From Vulcanimicrobiota bacterium (lineage in GTDB: Bacteria > Vulcanimicrobiota > Xenobia > Xenobiales > JADMJV01): DNA of 64,000 nt. The position numbers were made by a program, and so were the translations under genes. Positions 1 to 9,738 of this stretch are shown here, one piece after another. The stretch spans positions 535,659 to 599,658 of the forward strand of contig JBFWNU010000002.1 in the NCBI GenBank assembly GCA_050250895.1, read 5' to 3'. Every line of letters begins with the position of its first letter. The first letter of the stretch is position 1. Below the pieces are notes generated by a model, which searched no databases, was not told the DNA's origin, and saw nothing but the letters and a program-made list of their open reading frames with translations.

Positions 1-2
1 TC

Positions 3-3000
3 GAGGGTCCACGGCCTCTCGCCTTCTACACCGTCAAGGAGAAAGCTTGGACCGCCTTCGCCAACTCCAGACGGCCGGACGCCCTCGAGGAGCTGCAGCG
101 GCTGGGCAAGCACCTGGTTGCCTTGAAACTCGAGGCTCAGCCGGCCGGAGCGGCCTTCGATTACTACGCCGATCACCTGAGTTCCGATGGCCGTAAATTC
201 GAAGCCTACATGCAGTTGCTCGAAGGAGGCTTTACGCCGGTCGAGGCTCAGCGGACCCAGCAACGGTGGCCCCAGACCGACCTCTCGCAGGTGGCCAGGC
301 TGGGCGCATCCAGAGCCCCCTCCGAGGTGGTCGACGCCTTCTTGAGCGCCCTCGAGCACCATCCCGCGAATCAAGAACTCAAGCCGCTGGTCGAGGCGGC
401 CGTGGGGGCCCGATTCGAGTCCAAGTCGCTACTCCAGCTCGCGAACTACTTCGAACAGGCCGGTAACGAGCCGGCCGTGACTCGAACCCTGACCCGGCTG
501 GTTGGGCATCGCCTGCCCTGCGACCAGGCTATCGCCCTGCTCGAGAAGATGCAGGCGAAGGCCGGCGCGAAAGACCTCGAGCAGCACTTGACCTGGCTCG
601 AGCAGGCGGGGGCTTTTGTTTCTGACTACGATCATCCTCGCTACCATCAGGCCGAGGCGCCTGCGCACCTTTACTCGGCGCTGTCGGGAATGCTCGAGGC
701 TGGCATTCCGGCCGGCGAGGCGACAGCGACCATCGTCTCTTGTTGGAGGACGCTGGGCAACGAGCGCAAGTGGAACGACCTGTCCACGGCCTGCGCCCAT
801 CTCGCCGCTATGGCCTCGGACCGCAAGCAGCTCGAGTCCTACCAGGCCCTTTTGTCCAATCACTTCGACGTACCCCAGGCTCGCCGGGCGGTCGAGCGAC
901 TGGGGCGTCCCGTAAAGGGCACCGACTTTTCGTTGCGTTGGCAAGACTACCAGGCACTTCAGCTGCATTCGGGGGGCAAACCTCTCAGCTATTACACGGT
1001 CAAGGATGCCTGTCTGACCGCCTACTCGGGGGCGCTCGAGGCCGGTCAAGAAAGGGCCCACACCGTGGCCCAACTGCGGCAGCTCGGCCAGGCACTCGAG
1101 GGCCGCGGGGCCAACGAAGGGCAGCAGGCTTTCGACTTCTATCCTGACTTGATGGCCCATCCGGGTCACTTCGGCACTTACGTCACGTTGCTCAAAGCGG
1201 GTTTTCCGGCCGAACGGGCCATTCAGGCCGTAGGCTCGACCTTCGACTGCGATGCGGATCGTCTGGCCACCGTCCTGACCGGTCTGGGCTCCAGAGGAGA
1301 CCACCTGACCCCCGAGCTGGTCGACAGTTTCCTTAGTGCCTTTCGGGCCACCAACCAGAGCCCGGCCCTGGCTCCGCTGGCCGAGACGGCTGCCCGCCAG
1401 AAGCTTGAGGGGCCGACTCTGGCTCGGGTGCTCGAACTCTACAGCCAACGGCTGCACTCCCAGCCCCATCCCCTCGGGGCCCTGGTGGCTTTGCTAGAGC
1501 GCGGTCAGGGCCCCCAGGCGCTCCCGGTTCTGGCCGAACTCGAGGCCAATTTGCCAGCCGGTCAATTGCTAGGTCGCATCGACCAGCTCGACCAGCTACA
1601 GGCCTTCTCTAAGGGCTACAGCTCGGCCGGCAACTACGCCACACCGGCCCAGCTCTCGAGCTGTCTCGACCGCCTGGCTGCGGCCGGCCTGAGTCCCAAA
1701 GCTCAGACCTCGACTTGCCAGGCCGTCTGCCAGAAACTGGTCGGCTCGGGCGACCGCCGCGAGGGGCTGCCCCGGGCCCTCCAACACCTGGGTAGCATCG
1801 CCGCCGAGCCGGAGCGCGTCGAAGCCTTCCAGTTGCTGCTCGACCACGATTATCACGCTTCGGGGGCGGCCCAGATCGAGTCACTACTGGCGGAACCCGG
1901 GGCCGGACTGTCGCTCAGCGAGCGGCGCTCGGCCTATGAGAAACTCGGCCTGCTCGAGGCCCCGTCGCCGCTGAGTTTCTATGCCGTGAAGATGGCCAGC
2001 TATAGAACCTGGCGCTCCGTTGCTCAGGCCCGCGATGGCCACACCGCTCTCACCCAGATCGGCAAGCTCAATCAAACGCTGCTTCAGCTCAAGCTCGGCA
2101 GCCCGGACGCCCAGGCCGCCATCGCCGGGGGCGAGAAATACCTGCTGCAGAACGACCAGATTTTTGAGGCTTACCGTGCGCTGCTCGAGGCTGGTTTTGG
2201 CGTTGACGCCTGCCAGCGCGTCCTGGACCAGGCCCATAAGGTTCCGGCCGCAACCACCGCGGCCATCCTGGCCCCCCTGGCCAAGGCGTCTGACCGGGTG
2301 GTCGCGGCCTTTCAGCAATGCGCCGAAGAGACCGCCTCGGCCGGACATGATCCTGCCACTCTCGCTTTCCTGGCGGCCGGCGTTGGGTGTCACGAAGATG
2401 CCGAGGCCGTGAGTCGGGTCAGCTTGAAGCTCTTCAAAGCCCGTCTCGCCGAGCAACCCGAGCTGGCCGAAGCTGCCGGTCGACTGTTGCAGGCCAGAGT
2501 CGGTCCGAAAGCGGTGGCCGAAATCCTGACGGTCTTCGAGTCCAACTCGGCGTCGCCGAATGAGCAATTCGAGGCCCTAGAGGCCTCGGGCGTCTTTCAC
2601 TTCGGTAGCGAGTTGGCCCCTACAATGGCTAAGGGCCTGGCCACTCTGCTGGCCCGAGGACACACCTGCTCGCAGGCGGGCAAGTTGCTGGCGACACGCT
2701 GGCAAAAGGTCAGTCGTTACCAGGACGCCGAGCGCCGCGACGCCCTCGGCTATCTGGCCAGTTCAGAGCACGAAGACCTGTTTTTTGAACTCAGAGACAA
2801 GCATTTCCATAGCCTGCCGGCCGGGCAATTCGCCGACCTGCTCGCCAAGCCCCTGGCCGGTATCGACCTCAAAGCCCGTCTGAGCGCTTTCACCGCTCTG
2901 ACCGAGGGTTCCGAGGTCGGCCGGTTTTACGCCGTCAAAGGCGCGGCCTATCGGCTCTATGCGAAGATGGTCACCGGAGGCGGTAATCCCGACCAGGTGC

Positions 3001-3251
3001 CCGGCCTGGTTCGCGACCTGCTCCACCGCATGGACAAGATGGAGCCGGCCAAAGCCCAACGCCTGCTCGACACCCTGCGCCAGCTGCCCAATACCGCTGG
3101 CGCCCTGGCCAACCTTTTGACCCTCGAAGGTGCCGAGGCGATGACCCTGGCCCTACAACAGCTGGAACTACAAGCCGGCGGCGGCAAAAAGCTGGCCATC
3201 GAAGAGGACCTGGTCAACATCGACGGCTTTGAACTAGCCGTGCGAGACTGA
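3..3251 (+). CDS. Large alpha-helical repeat protein, 5'-truncated by the window edge
   Basis: Frame is open from nt 3 (EGPRPLAFYTVK...). Motif PL[AS][FY]Y[TA]VK recurs at nt ~15, 981 and 1968, with RFYAVK at ~2919 (~320-aa period). C-terminus IEEDLVNIDGFELAVRD. Confidence 0.8.
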   Translation, partial: EGPRPLAFYTVKEKAWTAFANSRRPDALEELQRLGKHLVALKLEAQPAGAAFDYYADHLSSDGRKFEAYMQLLEGGFTPVEAQRTQQRWPQTDLSQVARLGASRAPSEVVDAFLSALEHHPANQELKPLVEAAVGARFESKSLLQLANYFEQAGNEPAVTRTLTRLVGHRLPCDQAIALLEKMQAKAGAKDLEQHLTWLEQAGAFVSDYDHPRYHQAEAPAHLYSALSGMLEAGIPAGEATATIVSCWRTLGNERKWNDLSTACAHLAAMASDRKQLESYQALLSNHFDVPQARRAVERLGRPVKGTDFSLRWQDYQALQLHSGGKPLSYYTVKDACLTAYSGALEAGQERAHTVAQLRQLGQALEGRGANEGQQAFDFYPDLMAHPGHFGTYVTLLKAGFPAERAIQAVGSTFDCDADRLATVLTGLGSRGDHLTPELVDSFLSAFRATNQSPALAPLAETAARQKLEGPTLARVLELYSQRLHSQPHPLGALVALLERGQGPQALPVLAELEANLPAGQLLGRIDQLDQLQAFSKGYSSAGNYATPAQLSSCLDRLAAAGLSPKAQTSTCQAVCQKLVGSGDRREGLPRALQHLGSIAAEPERVEAFQLLLDHDYHASGAAQIESLLAEPGAGLSLSERRSAYEKLGLLEAPSPLSFYAVKMASYRTWRSVAQARDGHTALTQIGKLNQTLLQLKLGSPDAQAAIAGGEKYLLQNDQIFEAYRALLEAGFGVDACQRVLDQAHKVPAATTAAILAPLAKASDRVVAAFQQCAEETASAGHDPATLAFLAAGVGCHEDAEAVSRVSLKLFKARLAEQPELAEAAGRLLQARVGPKAVAEILTVFESNSASPNEQFEALEASGVFHFGSELAPTMAKGLATLLARGHTCSQAGKLLATRWQKVSRYQDAERRDALGYLASSEHEDLFFELRDKHFHSLPAGQFADLLAKPLAGIDLKARLSAFTALTEGSEVGRFYAVKGAAYRLYAKMVTGGGNPDQVPGLVRDLLHRMDKMEPAKAQRLLDTLRQLPNTAGALANLLTLEGAEAMTLALQQLELQAGGGKKLAIEEDLVNIDGFELAVRD

Positions 3252-3426
3252 GCGCTCGCTGCGCTCGCGGGAAAAGGAGCGCTCGCTGCGCTCACGGGAA
3301 AGGAGCGCTCGCTGCGCTCACGGGAAAAGGAGCGAAGCTCGCTGAGTTCGCTCCTTTCTAGCGGCGTTAGCGGCTCTCCCTGTCGGCCGCAGGCCGAGGT
3401 CTCCGCGCGAAGCGCCGGCTCCTCGC
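3250..3426. repeat. REP-like modular hairpin repeat cluster 1
   Basis: Tandem GGAGC-hairpin-GGGAAA(A) units, then inverted units, between convergent genes. Same family at 44157 and 45356. Confidence 0.85.
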
Positions 3427-3921
3427 TTAGGAATTCTGGATGATGTTGCCGGTCCAGAGACCGCCGATGCCGCCGCCCAGGGCGCCCCAGAAGATGGCTC
3501 CGCCGGTCAGGGGGTCGGCCGACGCTGCCAGGGCGATTCCGGTGGCGATGCCGGCTACGGCTCCGATGCTGGGAGCGTTCTTCTTCAGGCTGGCCAGGGC
3601 GTTCGGTAGAGCCACGGGCTCGCTTTCGCCGCTGTTGGAAATCAAGTTGCCGACGATGCGGCCGCCCAGGGCGCCGCCGACCGAGCCCCAGAAATAGCTG
3701 CTACCGGTTCCGCCGGTGGTGGCGGCAAAGCCGATGCCGATGGCCGTGCCGGCCAACGAGCCGACGAAGCCGCCGTGGGCCTTGAGAAAGTTGAGAGGAC
3801 CGCCGTTGCCTGAAATCTCGACTTTGTCCTGGGGCGGCTGCGGAGCCGGGCTACCCGGGGTCGGATTGGCGGGCGTGGAGGCTTGATGGACGCGGGGTCC
3901 TTGGATGGCGGTGAGTTTCAT
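3427..3921 (-). CDS. Glycine-zipper membrane protein with Pro-rich N-terminal leader
   Basis: Two internally similar GxxxG hairpins (FWGSVGGALGG / FWGALGGGIGG). RBS AAGGAG. Confidence 0.8.
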   Translation of the reverse strand: MKLTAIQGPRVHQASTPANPTPGSPAPQPPQDKVEISGNGGPLNFLKAHGGFVGSLAGTAIGIGFAATTGGTGSSYFWGSVGGALGGRIVGNLISNSGESEPVALPNALASLKKNAPSIGAVAGIATGIALAASADPLTGGAIFWGALGGGIGGLWTGNIIQNS

Positions 3922-3948
3922 GGGTCGCTCCTTGCTGAATGTAGGTTC

Positions 3949-3981
3949 AGTCTAGAGCGGCGGCCTCAAACTATGCTGAAT
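3949..3981 (-). promoter_or_regulatory. Direct-repeat operator plus -10 (ATTCA-N6-TTTGA-N11-TAGACT)
   Basis: Same spacing as the sites upstream of fliF-like (19271-19325) and carF-like (44123-44155). Confidence 0.5.
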
Positions 3982-4156
3982 CGTCGTCGTCTTGACCCGG
4001 CTTAGGTTTGCAGAACATCGAGATGACCACCAGCGCGGCCAGGGCCAGGTAGGGGCCTCGCTGCAGAGCTATCAAACCGAGGTGGGCCCACGAGAAGGCA
4101 TAGCAGGGAGCCGCCAGCGCGCCGATCAGACCCAGGGATATCAAAATCTTCTTCAT
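3971..4156 (-). CDS. Small exported/membrane protein (61 aa)
   Basis: Signal peptide MKKILISLGLIGALAAPCYA, one TM segment, RBS GAGGAG. Confidence 0.7.
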   Translation of the reverse strand: MKKILISLGLIGALAAPCYAFSWAHLGLIALQRGPYLALAALVVISMFCKPKPGQDDDDSA

Positions 4157-4189
4157 ACCGAAATCTCCTCAAGCGTAGTGCAGTCGTTG

Positions 4190-4480
4190 TCAGCACAGTC
4201 GGGGAGGAGCTCGGCCGAGGCGGCCGCGGCCGTTCGAGGTCTGAGACTTGCGAGGTGGCGCCTCGGGTAGAACCTCGTGGGAAAAAGCACCGGCGGCCGT
4301 GAGCGTGGCCGAGGGGGGCGTGACGGCCAGAGGACCGGGGTCGAGGTCGAGGCTGCACAGCTGTCCGGTCTCGCTGTCGATGGAGGCGGTCTGGCCGTGC
4401 AGGGGAGTGAGGGTAAAACCCACCAGTAGCAAAGCTACCAGGGCGATGAGAGTGGATAGTCTCTTGCTCTTACCGGTCAC
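4190..4480 (-). CDS. Signal-peptide protein ending in RAPP (putative ribosome-arrest leader)
   Basis: Hydrophobic N-terminus and C-terminus GRLGRAPPRLC. Confidence 0.6.
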   Translation of the reverse strand: MTGKSKRLSTLIALVALLLVGFTLTPLHGQTASIDSETGQLCSLDLDPGPLAVTPPSATLTAAGAFSHEVLPEAPPRKSQTSNGRGRLGRAPPRLC

Positions 4481-4509
4481 CGCCTACGAGTATACCACAG
4501 CCGGCGCTG

Positions 4510-5823
4510 TTAGCGTAACCGCTCTTCGACCTTGCGGCGCAATTGCCCGAAGCGAGCCATCTTGGCCCGCTCCGAAAGATTGCCGGCGGCCGAGGTCACC
4601 CCGGCTACCACCAGGCCGACGATGGGGCCTCCGAACAAGCATCCGATACAGCTCAGCAGCTGCCGATTGTCTTCTGACGCATCCTGAAAATGGCAGGGGA
4701 GCCGGTAGATGTTAGAGGTGATGGCTTGGCGCAACGAGGCGGCGCTGCTGCGCAACTCTTCGAGTCGTTGGTCGAAGGCCGGGTCACGAATCACGGCGAA
4801 CTCGGAAAGGTCGGTGCGCAGCCCCTCGGCCTCGGCCAGGCAGATCAGGCCGGGCACCCCCAGGTCGAGCTGGAGCGGGTCCATCGTGACTCCGTCGATG
4901 ACGAAGCGAACCTCGCTCGGCCCCTCCAATCCCAACGGCACGGCCATGGCCTGGCGGCAGGTCAGCGGCATGCCGAGGGGCTGGCGGGGGCCCACCAGCT
5001 GGGTGCAGAAAGTGGGAAAGTTCGAATCCGCGTGGGCGGTGACCGAATGGCATTGATAATAGGCCCCGTCCTCGGGCGTGAGATGGCCGATCTCGGGACT
5101 GGCCACCGCCAGGGTCCCCTCGGCGTCAAGCTCGAGGCGTTGGCCCAGATAGAAGCTCGGGCTCAAGCCCCGGTGCCAGCGGTGCACCAGCGGGCGCGGC
5201 CAGGAGGCCTGTAACCGGTCTTCATTGAGATAGATGGGAACGGCCGAAAAACTACAGCGGGCCAGCACTTTCTGGTGCTCGGCGGCCAGGTTACGGGCCA
5301 GGTTGGTCAGAGTCGAGGGTCGCCGCATGGCGAAGCGAACCCAGCGCTGCTTGCGTCCCGTCGCCCACTCGGGACATTGCTCGAGTCGGACCAGGGCCAG
5401 GTCGTCGGGGGTGATCTCGAGGCCGTAGCCCTGCCCGCTACCCCAGGCCGCCCAGACGATCTTCTCGGGCTTCATGGCCCAGGCAGCGTTGAGGGCCACC
5501 GACAGGTGACGCAAGGCCGGGCTTTCGCCATCGGCCGACGAGAGGGACGAGACGACCTTAGGAGCCTGAAACAAGGGACTGCCTTCCGGCAGAGAACTGG
5601 TGACATCGACCGCCAGGCGATCCAGCCGGATGTCGATCTCTTCGGCCCCCGCCCGGACCAGGCCCTGGACTAGCTTGAGCAGATAAAAACAAGGCTCGGA
5701 GAGCTGGAATTGTCGCAGCTTCTCGCGAGCCTTCTGGAGGTCGACCATGAACTGGCCGCTCGAATCGAGGGTGCCCCCCTGGTCTCTCAGGCTGGATAAC
5801 AGTTGTTCGAGCGAATCGGACAC
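4510..5823 (-). CDS. Hypothetical protein with degenerate HSP90/GHKL-like N-terminus and C-terminal TM
   Basis: DSSGQFMVDLQKAREKLRQFQL...YLLKLVQ..GAEEIDI N-terminus; hydrophobic C-terminal segment. Confidence 0.6.
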   Translation of the reverse strand: MSDSLEQLLSSLRDQGGTLDSSGQFMVDLQKAREKLRQFQLSEPCFYLLKLVQGLVRAGAEEIDIRLDRLAVDVTSSLPEGSPLFQAPKVVSSLSSADGESPALRHLSVALNAAWAMKPEKIVWAAWGSGQGYGLEITPDDLALVRLEQCPEWATGRKQRWVRFAMRRPSTLTNLARNLAAEHQKVLARCSFSAVPIYLNEDRLQASWPRPLVHRWHRGLSPSFYLGQRLELDAEGTLAVASPEIGHLTPEDGAYYQCHSVTAHADSNFPTFCTQLVGPRQPLGMPLTCRQAMAVPLGLEGPSEVRFVIDGVTMDPLQLDLGVPGLICLAEAEGLRTDLSEFAVIRDPAFDQRLEELRSSAASLRQAITSNIYRLPCHFQDASEDNRQLLSCIGCLFGGPIVGLVVAGVTSAAGNLSERAKMARFGQLRRKVEERLR

Positions 5824-5848
5824 CCTCTATTTTTCGGTGTGACTGCGG

Positions 5849-7726
5849 CTAGACCTCGTCTTCTTGTTCGCCCTGGTGCATCCAGTTGGTCAGCAGCTTC
5901 GAGATCATCAGGCAGAAAAGGGCCGAGCCCATGCCACAGGCAGCGATGATGCCGAAGACGTGACCGTAGACTCCCAGCGTTTCGATGGGGGGAGGGATGG
6001 TGGCCGCCTCGGCGCCCTCGCTCACACCGGTGAAGGTGGCGATGATGCCGGCCAGCAGATTCGAGAAGGCGGTGGCCAGGAACCAGGCTCCCATCACGGT
6101 GCTGACGATGGCCTTGGGCGAGAGCTTGGTGACCATCGATAGCCCGACTGGCGACAGGCACAGCTCGCCCGTGGTGTGCAGCAGATAGGCCAGCAGCAAC
6201 CATGAGACGGCTACCATGCCCCGGGCGTCGGCGTGTTGGGCGCCGTACCACAGGGCCCCAAATCCCAGGCCGAGTTGTAGCAGACCCAGCGCGAATTTGA
6301 CCGGAGTGCTGGGCTCGACGCCCTTCTGGCCCAGAAAGGTCCAGAGGGCGCTAAAGACCAGTCCGAAGATCAGGATGAAGGTGGGGTTGGCGGCCTGGAA
6401 GAGCGAGGCCGGCAGCTCGGAGCCTCCCACGCCCATGCCGACATGTTCTTGGGTGATGGGCCACTCGACCGTCTTGTTCTCGCCCTTGCGCAGTTCATCC
6501 AGGTCGGTGAGCACGAACACCTTGTCGTTGAGCTTGTAGCCGAGCTGCTCTTGATTGGGTTCGATGGTAATGGTCTGGCCCACATCGGCCGCGGTGATCT
6601 GGCGCTCTTCGGTGACCCGGTCGATGTTGCGGTCGGTGAAGTTCGAGATGGAGCTTCCGGCCTGTTCGAAGAACGCCCAGAAGAGCATCGAGAAGAACAT
6701 CAGGATGAGCACCACGAAGAGCCGTTCGCGCTCGACCTTCTCGCAGCCAAAGGCCTGGAACAGCAACCATCCGAAGCAGACGATTCCAAACAGAGATAGA
6801 CCTGTTTTGACGATGGGCTGGTTTTGTAGCAGCATCGCGATGACGGGAATGGCGATGAGCACCCCGAGATAGATGACGTACTGAGCCGGAAAGCCGAAGA
6901 CGGGGCGATTGGGAGCCTCGGGGTCGGGGGGTTGGCCGGCCTCATCGGGCAGGCCGCCCCGGCCCAGGGCTATGAAGGCGATAACGCCGGCCGTGACGAG
7001 CGCCACCGCGATGAGGGCGTTGATGGCCAACTGGTAGGGGTTGTTCTGGAGGAAGAAGAGGCTGACTCCGGTGGCCAGAGCGCCGCCCAGGATCATCATC
7101 TGGCAGACCACGGTGGGAGCCACGAAGACGGCCAGGCCGATGAGCATGCCGATGGTGGCCAGGCCGAAGCCGTAGTGCCAGCCGTAGGTCTCGCCCACAT
7201 AGCCGCAGATGAGCGGCGACATGGCCGCACCCAGGTTGATGCCCATGTAGAAGATGGTAAATCCGCTGTCGCGACGGGTGCTTTCGGCGGAATAGAGCGA
7301 GCCCACCACCGTCGAGATGTTGGGCTTGAAGAATCCGTTGCCGACAATCAGTAGGGCCAGAGCCGTGTAGAAGGCGGTGGGCTGCTCCCAGGTCATCAAG
7401 AGGTGGCCGGCGGCCATCAGTAAGCCGCCCATGACGATGGCTCGGCGAGCGCCCAGGATGCGGTCGGCCAGCATGCCGCCGATGAACGGCGTGGCATAGA
7501 CCATGGCGGTGTAGGAGCCATAGACCCCATAAGCCTGGTTGTCGGACATGCCAAGGAAGCCCTTGATCATATAGAGCACGAGCAGGGCGCGCATGCCGTA
7601 GTAGGAGAAGCGCTCCCACATCTCGGCAAAAAACAGGGTGAAAAGGCCTACCGGATGGCCTAGAAGAGTTTGTTGTTGGGGTTCGGGACCCCGGGTGGGA
7701 CTACCGATTGCTCCCGAGTCTGACAT
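5849..7726 (-). CDS. POT/PTR2 family proton-dependent oligopeptide transporter
   Basis: EMWERFSYYG, GNGFFKPN, FYMGINLG and ELCLSPVGLS motifs. Confidence 0.95.
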   Translation of the reverse strand: MSDSGAIGSPTRGPEPQQQTLLGHPVGLFTLFFAEMWERFSYYGMRALLVLYMIKGFLGMSDNQAYGVYGSYTAMVYATPFIGGMLADRILGARRAIVMGGLLMAAGHLLMTWEQPTAFYTALALLIVGNGFFKPNISTVVGSLYSAESTRRDSGFTIFYMGINLGAAMSPLICGYVGETYGWHYGFGLATIGMLIGLAVFVAPTVVCQMMILGGALATGVSLFFLQNNPYQLAINALIAVALVTAGVIAFIALGRGGLPDEAGQPPDPEAPNRPVFGFPAQYVIYLGVLIAIPVIAMLLQNQPIVKTGLSLFGIVCFGWLLFQAFGCEKVERERLFVVLILMFFSMLFWAFFEQAGSSISNFTDRNIDRVTEERQITAADVGQTITIEPNQEQLGYKLNDKVFVLTDLDELRKGENKTVEWPITQEHVGMGVGGSELPASLFQAANPTFILIFGLVFSALWTFLGQKGVEPSTPVKFALGLLQLGLGFGALWYGAQHADARGMVAVSWLLLAYLLHTTGELCLSPVGLSMVTKLSPKAIVSTVMGAWFLATAFSNLLAGIIATFTGVSEGAEAATIPPPIETLGVYGHVFGIIAACGMGSALFCLMISKLLTNWMHQGEQEDEV

Positions 7727-7767
7727 CTTTCCTCCTGGGCTTGATCAGCCGGATCAGCCCACGGGTC

Positions 7768-7811
7768 ATCATAGGTAGTCCCTGAGTGAAGAAAATTAAC
7801 GAAGTTTGAAC
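7768..7811 (-). promoter_or_regulatory. GTTCA-N6-GTTAA direct repeat 22 nt upstream of -10 TATGAT
   Basis: CtrA-box-like repeat in an AT-rich intergenic region. Confidence 0.45.
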
Positions 7812-7812
7812 A

Positions 7813-9648
7813 TTAGGCCGCTTCACCGTGGTCAAACTGGCGGCCGAGGGCGGCCCCGGCTTTGGCCAGCACGTAGCTGCCCCCCAGCACGCCCACGGCT
7901 GTCCCCAGGGTGGCGCCGGTGACGCCTCCGGCGGCTCCCGCCAGGGCGGTGCCGATGGCCCGTCCGACAGCCGCGCCGCCCCAACCCCCCGCCACCGAGC
8001 CGACCACTCCGCCAGCGGCTGCGCCGCCGACGACTTTGGCCAGGAAGGCCTTGTCGCCTTTGGTCAGGGCCAGCGGATCGGCCTCGGCCGCGGCGCCTTT
8101 GTTTTTCCAGGCTGCATACAAACCATAGCCACCCAGTCCGACGCCAGCCCCGGCCAGACGACCCCAGAACATTCCCGCCGCCGCCCCCACGGGGCCACCC
8201 AGGGCGGTGCCGATACAGCTGCCGGCGAGGCTGCCCAGGGCCAGGCCGCCGATGGTCGAGAGCACGGCTCCCACCGGGCTGGCCGGAGCTGCCTTGAGGT
8301 CGAATCGGTAGCGGTCATCGTCGAGGTCGACTCCGGCTTTGGCCATCTCGGACTGGGCCGCGCGGCCCACCATTCCGAAGGGACCGGTGGCTAGAGCCAG
8401 GATGGTGTCGGCCTTCTGGTTGGCCTCTTCAATCGTCATGCTGCCGTTGGCTACCTGGCCGCCGAGCACGAACTGCGAGCCCGAGGCCAGCAGGGCCAGG
8501 GGAGCCCCACCGGGCACGAACAGCAGGGCTCCGCTGGCCAGGTTGAGCTTGCCTTCGAACTTCTTGACTTCGTCGTCCTGGCGCAATCCTTCGCTTAGCT
8601 GGGTCGCTCCCCGAAAGAGGGCGGCGGGTGCCAGCAGGGACCCGGCCAGCTCCAGCACGTTGCGGGCATAGGGCACGGCCCCGATGGCCTGGGCCACCGA
8701 CTTGCCAGCGCTGCGAACTGCGGGACGATCCATGGCCACATCTACCACGCCCTGTTGCTGCGAGGCGTCGATGGCCCGAAACTTGTCGGGCGCGACCTGG
8801 CGCAATCCCTCGGGATTGGTGTGGTACTCGAGATAGGACTCGGCATAGTCCTCCATGCGATTGGTGTGGGCATAGTCGCTCACGAAGGGTGTTTTGCCGA
8901 ACCCGCCCGACCACTGGCTGCGGCTGCCGATGGGGCCGAAGCCCTGGGTGAAGTCGAAGGTGTGACCGACCTCGTGGATGGTCACCTTCTCGCCCCAACC
9001 CGGGTACATCATCTCGTCACGGTCCAGGAAGATGCGACTTTGCGAGAACAGGGGAGTGGCCAGCCCGGACGCTCCCACCGCCTGCAGGCCCCGGCCTACG
9101 TCAATGGTGGCCGCGCTGGTGACGCCGCTTAAAGGCAACGAATCGAGCCCTCGATAGATGATCTCTTGCTCGGCGGCGGTGGCTCCCACGATGGTGGGAT
9201 AGAGGAACTTGGGCAGCGACTTCAAGGCCAGACCACCGGCCAGGGCCAGGTCGACCCCTCCCAGTTTGCCGGGCTTGCTGTTGGCCTCTTCGGCCGCTTT
9301 CTTGGCCGTCTTCTGGCTGAGCATGTAGGAGCCGATGGCTCCCAGGCCGCCGGCCAGAGCGGCGCCGCCGGTCAAGAGATAGAGGTTGCCGGCCTGGAGC
9401 GCGATGGGAGCCATGATGAGCGAGCCCACGGTCATCCCCACCAGTTCGCCCGCGTAGGCAGCCGAGAGATCGCGCAGGTAAGAGGTCGCCTGGACCTTGC
9501 CCTGGGCCACGAAGTGATTGATCCGCTGGCTGCGGTCGGGAGGACCGGTCTCGACCTGATCGGCCGGCTCGGCCGGAACGGACGCGGTAGCCGGAGCAGC
9601 CGGTCGAGAGCGCTGGATTTGGGTGGAAGGCAGGGCTTGGATTCTCAT
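7813..9648 (-). CDS. Zn-metallopeptidase (HExxH, anthrax-LF/zincin-like) with glycine-zipper TM regions
   Basis: HEVGH plus SDYAHTNRMEDYAESY; long Gly/Ala hydrophobic tracts; Pro/Ala-rich leader. Confidence 0.75.
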   Translation of the reverse strand: MRIQALPSTQIQRSRPAAPATASVPAEPADQVETGPPDRSQRINHFVAQGKVQATSYLRDLSAAYAGELVGMTVGSLIMAPIALQAGNLYLLTGGAALAGGLGAIGSYMLSQKTAKKAAEEANSKPGKLGGVDLALAGGLALKSLPKFLYPTIVGATAAEQEIIYRGLDSLPLSGVTSAATIDVGRGLQAVGASGLATPLFSQSRIFLDRDEMMYPGWGEKVTIHEVGHTFDFTQGFGPIGSRSQWSGGFGKTPFVSDYAHTNRMEDYAESYLEYHTNPEGLRQVAPDKFRAIDASQQQGVVDVAMDRPAVRSAGKSVAQAIGAVPYARNVLELAGSLLAPAALFRGATQLSEGLRQDDEVKKFEGKLNLASGALLFVPGGAPLALLASGSQFVLGGQVANGSMTIEEANQKADTILALATGPFGMVGRAAQSEMAKAGVDLDDDRYRFDLKAAPASPVGAVLSTIGGLALGSLAGSCIGTALGGPVGAAAGMFWGRLAGAGVGLGGYGLYAAWKNKGAAAEADPLALTKGDKAFLAKVVGGAAAGGVVGSVAGGWGGAAVGRAIGTALAGAAGGVTGATLGTAVGVLGGSYVLAKAGAALGRQFDHGEAA

Positions 9649-9657
9649 GACGTTCTC

Positions 9658-9701
9658 AAGCTAACAAGGCTGCCCGTTCGAGAACCCAACCTTTTGTTAA
9701 C
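9658..9701 (-). promoter_or_regulatory. GTTAA-N6-GTTGG repeat 22 nt upstream of -10 TAGCTT
   Basis: Same spacing as the site at 7768-7811. Confidence 0.4.
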
Positions 9702-9738
9702 TTCCAGGTTGATCCCGCAGGACGCCGAAGCCCGTTCC

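Noticed and set aside
7742-7768. FNR-like box before the POT gene
   Set aside because: The TGATC...GATCA spacing is wrong and it lies downstream of the -10.
9166-9738. N-terminal extension of the vWA ORF
   Set aside because: It overlaps the opposite-strand 611-aa gene, and homology starts near 9739.
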